A stretch of 64,000 bases of DNA, taken from NCBI GenBank assembly GCA_038087875.1, contig CM075993.1, forward strand, positions 6,822,001-6,886,000, given 5' to 3'. Shown one piece after another: positions 36,201-48,200 of this stretch (positions are counted from its first letter, which is position 1; every line of letters begins with the position of its first letter). The stretch comes from Malacoraja senta (taxonomy: Eukaryota). A program made the translations under genes and the position numbers. Under the pieces are notes generated by a model that did no database searches, was not told the DNA's origin, and saw only the letters and a list, made by a program, of their open reading frames with translations.

Positions 36201-39200
36201 ACGGCCCTATGTTTCTTCCTATGTCTTCATAAGTTGATGTTTGTAAGGCCCAACAAGTCTACTCCACCATTCAATCATGGCTGATCTATCTTCCCTTCTT
36301 AATCCCATCCCTCTCCCCATAACCCCTGACAGCCGTACTAATCGAGAATCTATCTACTGTAAGAAAGAACTGCAGATGCTGGTTTAAATCAAAGGTAGAC
36401 ACAAAATGCTGGAGTAACTCAGCGAGTGAGGCAGCATCTCTGGAGAGAAGGAATGGGCGACGTTTCGGGTCGACACCTGAAACATCTGAAGAAAGGTCTC
36501 GAGGTTATCCACTTTGGTGGCAAAAACGGGAAGGCAGACTATTATCTAAATGGTGGCCGATTAGGAAATGGGGAGATGCAGTGAGACCTGGGTGTCATGG
36601 TACACCAGTCATTGAAAGTAGGCATGCAGGTGCAGCAGGCAGTGAAGAAAGCGAATGGTATGTTGGCCTTCATAGCAAGAGGACTTGAGTATAGGAGCAG
36701 GGAGGTTCTACTGCAGTTGTACAGGGTCTTGGTGAGACCACACCTGGAGTATTGCGTACAGTTTTGGTCTCCAAATCTGAGGAAGGACATTATAGCCATA
36801 GAGGGAGTGCAGAGAAGGTTCACCAGACTGATTCCTGGGATGTCAGGACTTTCATATGAAGAAAGACTGGATAGACTTGGCTTATACTCGCTAGAATTTA
36901 GGAGATTGAGAGGGGATCTTATAGAAACGTACAAAATTCTTATGGGGTTGGACAGGCTAGATGCAGGAAGATTGTTCCCGATGTTGGGGAAGTCCAGGAC
37001 AAGGGGTCACAGCTTAAGGATAAGGGGGAAATCCTTTAAGACCGAGATGAGGAAAAACTTTTTCACACAGAGAGTGGTGAATCTCTGGAACTCTCTGCCA
37101 CAGAGGGTAGTTGAGGCCAGTTCATTGGCTATATTTAAGAGGGAGTTAGATGTGGCCCTAGTGGCTAAAGGGATCAGGGGGTATGGAGAGAAGGCAGGTA
37201 CGGGATACTGAGTTGGATGATCAGCCATGATCATATTGAATGGCGGTGCAGGCTCGAAGGGCCGAATGGCCTACTCCTGCACCTATTTTCTATGTATCTA
37301 TGTATCTATGACCTGAAACGTCGCCCATTCCTTCTCTCCAGAGATGCTGCCTGACCCGCTGAGTTACTCCAGCATTTTGTGTCTACCATCGATCTACTGT
37401 ATCCCTGCCTTAAAAATATCCACTGACTTGGGCTCCGCAATGAATTCCGCAGATTCACCACCCTTATCTTAGTGAGCTTATCTCACCAATCTTAAAACAC
37501 TTTGAACTATGGCCACTACCTGCTTTTGAGGAGAAGACACAAGGCCTCAACTCTAACCTTGCTGTTATTTAAATTCAAATTTATTCTTCATAGATTAGCT
37601 AATCCTAACATGATATGCATTGTTTTCTGATGTTCAAGTATAGAGTCAGACTCATGTTGTCACCCACTACCACAAGATGTAGATTATCATTATCTTGCAT
37701 TTGGATTCATGTAGTATTTTACAATTAGCGATACAGCACGATAACAGGCCCTTCGGTCCACGGAGTCCGTGCCGACCATCACCTGTTCAATCTAGTTCCA
37801 AATGATCGCACTCTTGCATCCATTTTCTACGCACTAGGGGTAATTTACAGGGGCCTACAAACCCGCACGTCTTTGGGATGTGTGGGGAAACCGGGACATC
37901 CGGAGGAAACCCACGCAGTCACAGGGAGCACATCGTGCAAACTCCACACAAGCAGCACCCGAGGTCAGGATGGAAACCGGGTCACTGGCGCTGTGAGGCA
38001 GTGGCTCTTCCAGCTGCACCCCTGTGCCTGACATTTACTGATAATAAAGTTAAAGGGAAGGGCAATTAAAGAGAAAGTGTCATCATTTATTCATTTATAG
38101 CACAGTTGGGATCAAACGTTGTATTTAGCTGATCTATTATAATTCTGAAGAAGAGATTTGACCCGAAACGTCACCTATCCATGATCTCCAGAGATGCAGC
38201 TTGACCCACTGAGTTACTCCAGCATTTTGTGTCTTCCCCATTAATATCCAGCCTGTGGTAACCCCCAAAGGTTCACAATTGCAGATTAATTTTGTTTTTT
38301 AGTTTATTTAAATCATGTTAAAGATTTAAACGAAAACATAAAGATATTTGAAAGAGTAGAGATGGTGTTTGCTTGCTCTTGCAGTAGGAACACAATGGGC
38401 TGATTGGCCTTGTTTTGTTCATAAGTGATAGGAGTAGAATTAGGCCATTCGGCCCATCAAGGCTGATCTATCTCTCCCTCCTAACCCCATTACCCTGCCT
38501 TCTCCCAGTAACCCCTGACACCCACATTTGTGCCGCAATTCTCCCTGTGTTGAAATCGATGAGAACGACAGATCTTGCAGCTGAGCATTGACGGTCGACG
38601 CACTAGGATCCCACCCTTTCTGCTGATGATTGAAACTTAAACTGCAGGTCTTCATCCAGAAGGGTGCAGAGTTGGGGGTGGGATTCTGGTGGCAACAGGA
38701 TATCGCATCTTCCTAACTTGGATTAATGACGTGAGAAGCAAACACGTTGAGATAATCTTCTATTTTACCAGTGGCATCACCTTCTTAAATTAAATGACCC
38801 AAAGCCCAAAATAAAATAGCACCACAGGAACACCGTGTGANNNNNNNNNNNNNNNNNNNNNNNNNNNNNNNNNNNNNNNNNNNNNNNNNNNNNNNNNNNN
38901 NNNNNNNNNNNNNNNNNNNNNNNNNNNNNNNNNNNNNNNNNNNNNNNNNNNNNNNNNNNNNNNNNNNNNNNNNNNNNNNNNNNNNNNNNNNNNNNNNNNN
39001 NNNNNNNNNNNNNNNNNNNNNNNNNNNNNNNNNNNNNNNNGAATGGATTAACCATGCAGATAATAACAGCGCAAATCAGTCGTTCTCAGTAACTAAAATT
39101 CAGCGAACAGGAAGACACTGGTGGCACAGACTGGCCAGTTCAGAGGCTGGGACTTGGGGTGGGATAGCCAGTTACTGTGCTCCCACCAAACCCAACCACC

Positions 39201-42200
39201 AGTGGAAGTGGACAGTCACGAGAGTTTAGAGATACAGCGCGGAAACAGGCCCTTCGGCCCACCGAGTCCGCACCAACCAGCGATCCCCGCAAAATTAAGG
39301 GGTTGGCCACTTAGGACTGAGATGAGGGAAAACCTTTTCATGCGGAGAGTTGTGAATCTGTGGAATTCTCTACCACAGAAGGCAGTGGAGGCCAATTCAC
39401 TGGATGTTTTCAAGAGAGAGTTGGACATAGATCTTAAGGCTAATGGAATCAAGGGATATGGGGAGAAAGCGGGAACAGGGTACTGATTTTGGATGATCAG
39501 CCATGATCATATTGAATGGCGGTGCTGGCTCGAAGGGCCGAATGGCCTACTCTTGCACCTATTTTCTATTTTTCTTTGTAAGTCAAGAGCTTTCAATTGT
39601 CATATGGTATCAATACAGAGCAATGGAATTCTTGCAACAGCGTAACAGGTCTGTAAATAGACATAAAATGCTGGAGTAACTCAGCGGAACAGGCAGCATC
39701 CCTGGAGAGAAGGAATGGGTGACGTTTTGGGTCAAGTGCAGGTCTGTAAACACAGTACTTAATAGACAACATAATAATACAATATTATTTCAATATTAAT
39801 ACACAAGGCCAAAGTCCCTTGTGCAACCAGGACAGTTGTCCCCACTTAGCTTTCAATGCCCATCAACATTCACACACAAACACCATCACCATGGCTCAGG
39901 AATCAATTCATGGCTGATAGCTTAGTTTAAAATGCTGCACAGCATTAAAATAATCCTGGGAGAGCAGGAAGATTAACAATTAAGAGAAGCAAAAGAGCCA
40001 TCTTCCACTGGCAGTGCAGTTGAGCTGTGGAGGGTGTACACTGGACTATTAGCAAGCTTTAGATATTGTGTCCTTTCCAGGGCAGCTGCTGTAATGGATG
40101 TTTGGCCCCGAGCAGGTGGCCCGGGCCTTCTGTTGTGCTGTGTAGTCCTGGCTTTGTTTTAAGAATGCATCAAAGCTGAACTTTCAAACCCTACTTCTGA
40201 GAATTGTTCACAAACTCCGGGCGAACACCCAGTCGCAGCATTAAAAGTCTGCTGAAGTTAGACACAACGTGCTGGAGTAACTCAGCGGGCCAGGCAGCAT
40301 CACTGGAGAAAATGGATGGGTGACGTTTGGGTTTGACTGAAAGAGACCTAAAAAGACTGCTGCATGAATGCGTGTACATCATACGGGTGTGATATTAAAC
40401 GTAGGTTAATTCCCGGGATGGCGGGACTGTCATATGTTGATAGAATGGAGCAGCTGGGCTTGTATACTCTGGAATTTAGAAGGATGAGCGGGGATCTTAT
40501 TGAAACATATAAGATTATTAAAGGATTGGACATGCTAGAGGCAGGAAACATGTTCCCGATGTTGGGGGAGTCCAGAACCAGGGGCCAGAGTTTAAGAATA
40601 AGGGGTAGGCCATTTAGAACGGAGATGAGGAAAAACGTTTTCACCCTGAGAGTTGTGAGTCTGTGGAATTCTCTGCCTCAGAAAGCAGTGGAGGCCATTT
40701 CTCTGGATGCTTTCAAGAGAGAGTTAGATAGAGCTCTTAAAGATAGCAGAATCAGGGGATATGGGGAGAAGGCAGGAACGGGGTACTGAATGTGGATGAT
40801 CAGCCATGATCACAGTGAATGGTGGTGCTGGCTCGAAGGGCTGAATAATAATAATAATAATAACGGATGGGATTTATATAGCGCCTTTCTAATACTCAAG
40901 GCGCCTACTCCTGCACTTATTATCTATTGTCCAGTGTCTAAACTGAGGTTCTACCTTTATGCTTGAAGAAGATGCAGATCCTATTGGGAATTAGGATGGT
41001 GAATTTTTCATTAGTGTCCTGGCCAATATTTATGCTTCAACTAGTTGTACGAAGATAGATTATTTATTCAAAATGCTCTTCGTAAAACTCTGCAGTCAAA
41101 GCAGTAACTACATTTGAAAATAGCTTTTTTGACATTCGAAGCCTGAGAAAGCAGTAGAGGTGCTGTACATTTCAGTCCGCCTTGTGATATTCTGTTATCA
41201 ATAAAGACTTATGTTTGTGCATTAATATTGTGCTCAATATTGTGCCAGTCATCCAACTGTACCTCGGCAGCATGGTGGCGCAGCGGTAAAATTGCTGCCT
41301 GACAGCGCCAGAGACCCGGGTTCGATCCCGACTACGGGTGCTGTCTGTATGGAGTTTGTACGTTCTCCCCGTGACCCGCGTGGGTTTTCTCAGAGATCTT
41401 CGGTTTCCTCCCACACTCCAAAGGCGTGCAAGGTTTGTAGGTTAATTGGCTTGGTAAATGTAAAAATTGGCCCTAGTGTGTGTGGGACAGTATTAATGTG
41501 CGGGGATCGCTAGTCGGTGAGGACCCGGTGGGCCAAAGGGCCTGTTTCCATGCTGTACCTATAAACTAAACTAAACTAAACTACTGTAATTTTGCCTTAG
41601 CCTATGTTTTGTGCTCCAATCTTTAAAGCTGGAGTGTTTTCTGCCTCAGACGTGAAAGTGCTCTAAGCTAAGCTGATATCCACTAGATTTATGCCAAGAG
41701 TGGGGCAGCACAATGGTGCAGTGGGCGATAGAATTGCCCAATGCCAGGTTCGATCCTGACCACGGGTGCTGTCCGCACGGTGTTTGTATGTTCTCCCCGT
41801 GACCACGGGGGTTTTCTGTGGTGCTCTGGTTTCTTCCCACATTCCAAAGAGGTGCGGGTTTGTAGATTAATTAGCCTTTGTAAATCACCCCTAGTGTGTA
41901 GGGGAGAACTGGTGTGCCGGTGATCGCTGGTCGGCACGGACTCAATGGGCCGAGGGGCCTGTTTCCATGCTGTGCCCCTAAATTAAACCGCACAGCCACG
42001 ACGTTCTTGAGGAATCTTCATCGCTACTTCTCCCGACGGAAGATTGAAGATTAATTGGGTGATGCTTTGATTCTAGCTGGCTCCAAGTGAGGACCGGAGA
42101 AAGGGTACACTGTGGTCCTCACTGTCGCGGGGGGACGGGGGGGGGGGGGGGGGACGGAGACTTCGCCCTTGTTGTGCTGTGTCAGCGTTGAGGCATGTGC

Positions 42201-45200
42201 AGCCAGACCTGAGGCACATGCTGCTGTGGTTACAAGGTCCATTAACCTCACTTCAAGGGATGTACACATACCTCTCTATGTATAGTCATGTGCCCAATGG
42301 AAAAGGAGAGAAACAGATGGAGGGGCTTTGACGCAGAGCTTGAGGTGACTTTCCAAGAAGTCTGTGGGCTGAGTCATAGTCTAATATTGTCGGCGTGATG
42401 TATTGATATTGATCCGCAGATTAGAAATAGAGGCTTGCCGTTTCAACTCGCCATTGCAAGTCGCCGGTTGAGTTGGTAAGGATCCATGATCAGGAAAGAA
42501 ATGTCTACCGAGGTAAACAAGATGGGGGGTCAGGAGATGGAACATTATCAGTCTGGAGAAGGGTCTCGACCCAAAACGTCACCTATTCCTTCTCTCCAGA
42601 GATGCTGTCTGGCCCGCTGAGTTACTCCAGCTTTTTGTATCTATCTTCCATAAAAAAATTATGGCACAGGAACAGGCCCTTCGGCCCACCATGTCCGTGC
42701 TGAACATGATGCCACGATAAACTCACCTCCTCTGCCTGCATCTGATGTGTATCCCTCCATCCCCTTCATGCCCATGTGCCTATCTAAAAGCCTCTTAAAC
42801 ACCACTATCGTATCTGCCTCCACCACCACCCTGGCAGCATATAGCAGGCGCCCACCCCTAGGTTAAAGACATTTGTCCCACACTTCTCTTTTGAAGTTTG
42901 CCCTTTCATCTTAAAGCCATGCCGTGTAATCATCGTCGAGTCCACCATGGGGGGAAAGGTCCTGGCCGTTTATCTTCACCAGTTGGACAAGGATGCAAAG
43001 AATATTACATTTCCCATTTTAAACCAACTATGGAAAAACAGACAAGATATTGCACTTTGTGGAATAAAAAGGAACTGCAGGTGCTGGTTTATACCACCGG
43101 TAGACACAAAGTGCTGGAGTAACTCAGCGGGTCAGGCAGCATCTGGAGAATATGAATAGGTGACATTTCGGGTCAGGACCCTTCTTCAGTCTGGAGAAAC
43201 ATCCTGACCTAAAACGTCACCCATCCATTTGAATCAATGAATAAGTTTATTGGCCAAGTCACAAACAAGGAATTTGCCTTGGTGCTCCGCTCACAAGTGA
43301 CAACATGATATACAGTGACAATTAGGAATGACACATCAAACATTAAACATTAATAATAAAACATTATCGATTAAACATGTGAATTAAATGAAATACCAGA
43401 GCAAAAGGAGGCTACAGATTTTTGGTTATTGAGTAGAGCTACTACTCGTGGAAAAAAGCTGTTTTTATGTCTGGCTGTGGCGGCTTTGACAATCCGGAGT
43501 CGCCTTCCAGAGGGAAGTGATGCAAAGAGTTTGTGGCCAGGGTGAGAGGGGTCAGAGATGATCTTACCCGCTTTCTGACCCGCTGAGTTACTCCAGCATT
43601 TTGTGTCTGCCTATGATGTGGCACATACTATGTATTTTCTCAACTCTGGGTACTCCGAAGTGGTGCTGATGTTGTGATCGAGATGGTGGCAGCCAATTTC
43701 CGCACAGTACAATGCCACATCTGGACAATGCCACATCTGGACAACAGCAAGCCTAAAACACCTATGAAGCTGCCAGAATATTTCACCACTTTAAAGATGC
43801 CACAAAAATAAACAGATATAGTCCCCAAATGGAGCCAACACCTCACTAATTTGTAATCATGTATGGGACATGATGTTAACACAAAGCCAGCACTTGGTGT
43901 TCATTCCTTGAAATGTCGGCTTGCAGGAGAGTTTTAGAAGGCAAAGATTCACCCATCATTTTTCCCCCAAAAACAAACTTATTCAGATAAAAAAAGATAC
44001 AAAGCAAGAACTCTACGACCTCTTCAGACAGTCTTAGTGTCTATTCTTTCATTAATGTTGTACTCAGCAGTAACTATCCTTGTATCAGGCATGGGTGATG
44101 TTTCGGGTCAAGACCCTTCTTCAGGACCTGAACCTGAAACGTCACCCATTCCTTCTCTCCAGAGATGCTGCCTGTCCCGCTGAGTTACTCCAGCTATCTA
44201 TCTTCTGTTTAAACCAGCGGTTCCTTCTTACACTTATATCAGGCATCCTTGCCATTCTTCATGTTCATATTCGTAAGTGATAGGAGCAGAATTAGGCCAT
44301 TTGGCCCATCAAGTCTACTCTGCCATTCAATCATGGCTGATTTATCTCTCCATCCTAATCCCATTCTCCTGCTTACTCCCCATAACCCCTGACATCCCCT
44401 GCCTCCTCTGGGGTGGTCCGTTCCCTTGCTTGAGGTGGGTCCCCAGTGGACTCTGCCCCCAAATGTCCAGAAGCAGAAGGACCCTAGACTGTGGTCCTCC
44501 CCCACAGAGCCATGGTGTTGGCTGCACTGAGCTTCAATGCGTCCCTCAGGGCGTATTCCTGCAGTCTGGAGCGGGCCAGTCGGCAACATTCCCCGACGGA
44601 CATCTCGCTCTGCTGGGAGACCACAAATGTTTCAGGCAGACCAAAGAGCATCTTTTGCCAAGTTGATGATCTTCCATCAGCACTCGATGTCCAAAGACTT
44701 GGTTAGATGCAACTAAGTAGATGGCAATGCCTCAGCCAATGCTGTAAAGCCACAAGGGCCCCTTCCATCCTTATAGAGGGGAGTGCTAGCCTTCTCTCCT
44801 TTCATACGTAATGCTAATGTTCCTAATGCAGATCAGGCATGTTGTCTAGTATGGGCTGGACCACATCCTACCTTCCAATTGACTTCACCATAGAGAAATC
44901 CTGGCACCAGTGGATCTTCAACCTGGAGATGAACAATTAAGAGGAAAGTCAAACACAGCTTTTTTTTTCTCCCCGCCATTTCGTTCCTGCAGAGTGTCAA
45001 CAACAGCATTGAACACCTTTCCTCCAGCTGGGAGCAAGTCTGTCTTAATCGCAATAGATATGACAGTGGCGTTTAAGAGGTTTATAGATAGGCACATGGA
45101 TATGTCGGGAATGGAGGGATCAAGAGTGTCTTATTGTCATATGTCATGAAACAGAATAATGAAATTCTTGCTTTTAGCGACACAACAGGTACGTAAACAT

Positions 45201-48200
45201 AAAATGCTGGAGTAACTCAGCAGGTGAGGCACTTTCATGCTGGGGTCACCCAAAACATTGCCCATTCCTTCTCCCGCTGAGTTACTCCAGCATTTTGTGT
45301 CTACCTTCGATTTAAACCAGCATCTGCAGTTCTTTCTTACACAGATATGTAAACATAATACTCTATAGACAATAGGTGCAGGAGTAGGCCATTCGGCCCT
45401 TTGAGCCCTAAAACCCATAATGAAAACAAAAAGTTTAGGATATATATAAAACAAACAAATAAATAGACAAATAAATATGCCCTCGTCTATATAGTTTTGA
45501 GCCTATTTGGTGGATGTAGTGCTTAATAGCCTGATGGTTGTAGGGAAGATGCTGGATGTGATAGTTTTCAGGCTCCTGTACCTTCTTCCCAAAGGATGTG
45601 GATCATGTGTAGGCAGATGAGATTAGTTCATCTTGTCATCATGGTCAGCATGGACATGGTGGGCTGAAGGGCCTGTGCTGTTCTGTGTTCTATGTCTCAC
45701 ACCGAGGCAGCTAGACGCCTGCTTAAGTGGTTGGGGTCGGCAGTGATATCTTTGTGTGAAAGTGGCAAATTAGTCGGATGGGTCAGATAATGTTGGAGAG
45801 GGTTCCTTTCAAAAAGGCGTAACTTTTCTAAATCGGACAGCGTGGGCAGACAGTGAGATGAGAAAAGTAGACATCCGTCTGCTACGTGCAGTTGCTGTCG
45901 ACTGGCCCCAGTTGGAGTGACAGAGATGGGAGACACAACAGCAGCAGCAGCTGCTGTTGTGTACTATTTCTGGCTTGCCACTGTCTCACCTCTGTGTTTG
46001 GCGACAGGGATGGAGAGAAAGAGGCAGATGCACAGGGAGAGAAGGAGAACCATGCGTGTTTGTTGCCTTGGGTTATTTCTGCAGACACCGTTGGGACATG
46101 TAGGTCAATGGAGAGGAGAGACAGTTGTTTTACACACATTGGCGTTTCAGCTGCGTAAGGAGGAACTGCAGGTGCTGGTTTAAACCGAAGACGGACACAA
46201 AAAGATGGAGTAACTCAGCAGGACAGGCAGCATCTCTGGAGAGAAGGAATGGGAGACGTTTCGGGTCGTGACCCTTCTTCAGTCCGAAGAGAAGGAATGG
46301 GTGACATTTCGGGACAAGACCCTAAACGTCACCCATTGCTTCTCTCCAGAGATGTTGCCTGTCCCACTGAGTTACTCCAGTTTTTGGTGTCTATCTTTGG
46401 CATTTCAACATTTTTTTTTAGCTGAAAAAATACCAGACCCCGTATGCATGAAGTTGCATTGAATATACAACAACGAACTGCTACATAGCCCAATGCAGTC
46501 ACAATGTCATAAAATGGAACTGCCGATGCTGGTTTACACCAAAGATAGAAACAAAATACTGGAGTAACTCAGCGGGTCAAGCAGCATCTCTGGAGGTTTT
46601 ATATTTAGTTTAGAGATACAGTGCAGAAAGAGCCCCTTTGGCCCACCAAGTCCGCGCAGACCAGTGATCCCCGTACACTAGCACTATGTTACACACTAGG
46701 GACAATTTACATTCTTTACTGAAGCCAATTAATCTACAAATGTGTACGTCTTTGGAGTGTGGGAGAAAGCCGGAGCACCCGGGGTAAACCCACGTGGTCA
46801 CGGGGAGAACGTGCAAACTCCGTACAGGCAGGAGGCGCAGTCACGATTGAACCCGGGTCTCTGGCGCTGTGAGGCAGCATCTCAAATGATTATAGTTGCT
46901 GAAGGTTCTGAAATCATCTTTAAAATTGGTATACCAAGAAAAACGCTCCCACGCCAAGGACAAAAATGTGGACATCTAATATGTCAGAACTGTTACACCT
47001 AGAAGATATGAGATTCCTCCCAGCAGGTAAACCAGACCATTTCCAAAAGATTTGGTCTCCATTTATCGACATATTACAAATATAGGGTGCAACAAAATGT
47101 TGATAATAAATGGTTTGAGGACCTGGCGAGGGGTGAGTAAAGATATGAAGTATGTACATCCCTTTTGTCTTATCTTATCTTTTTTTTTTTTTTTCTCTTT
47201 TTCTTTCTTTTGTTTTTTCTCTTTTGTTTAACTCTTTCTTGTGGTTTAGGTCCCTATGGGTGTTCCTGGACCACTCTTTCACTCACTCACTTACTATCTT
47301 TGCTAACTCTCTCTATCCTTTTTCTTATTAAAGTTTTAAAAAAAGAATTAAAAAAAAAAATTAAAAAAAAAAAAATTGGTATACCACGCAGCATGTCAAG
47401 GAGGTGGTAAAAAATATCCCAAAGTGGGGGCTCTTAAGGGTCATGATGAGAGTGATCGCAGTGGAAAGAGTGTGTAGATGGTCGCTATAAAACAGGACCT
47501 TTGTAGTGCATGTGATCTCTCTGTTTGAAGATCTGGTCTGGGTGCATTTCTCTTTTCTTCTTGTCATTCGCCAGCTCTCTTCTACTACGCTGGGCATGGC
47601 TACGAGAGCTCAGGACGGAACTACATGGTGCCGGTCAATGCCCCCAACCCGTACAGGCCCGAGAGCTGCATCAATGTCCAGAAGATCCTGTGCAGGATGC
47701 AAGAGAAGAACACAGCCCTCAACGTTATCCTACTGGATATGTGCAGGAAATGGTACGGCCACAAGCTCCTCTTCTCTCTCTGGGATATTCAAAACTAAAT
47801 ACAAAATCCGTGTAAAACCACAAAGCGCTGGAGTCATTGAATGGGTCAGGAAACATCTGTGGAGGGCACTGTCCGTCAGACTGATTGTAGTAGGGGGGAG
47901 AAAGCTCGAGGAGAGGCGGGGACGGGACAAAGCCGGGCAAGTGGTAGGTGGAATAAAGGACACAAAGTGCTGGGGTAACTCAACGGGTCAGACAGCATAT
48001 CTGGAGAACATGGATAGCTGATGTTTCGGGTCAAGGTTCTTATTTAGACTCAGTCCCAGTCTAAAGAACCTGAAACATCTCTGATCCATGTTCTCCAGAG
48101 ATGCTACCTAACCTGCTGAGTTCCTCCAGCACTATCTGTCCTTATGTGTGTTAACCAGCATCTGAGGTGCCTTGTTTCTACAAGTGATATGTATAGGAAG

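Noticed and set aside
38777..39229. ORFs spanning X runs
   Set aside because: Artefacts of the N gap.
41266..41340. tRNA gene
   Set aside because: The A and B boxes belong to a SINE head that continues into the SINE core and tail.
47506..48021. ORFs 47506-48021 and 47525-47815 overlapping the catalytic exon
   Set aside because: Both are wrong frames; the paracaspase sequence is in the third frame.
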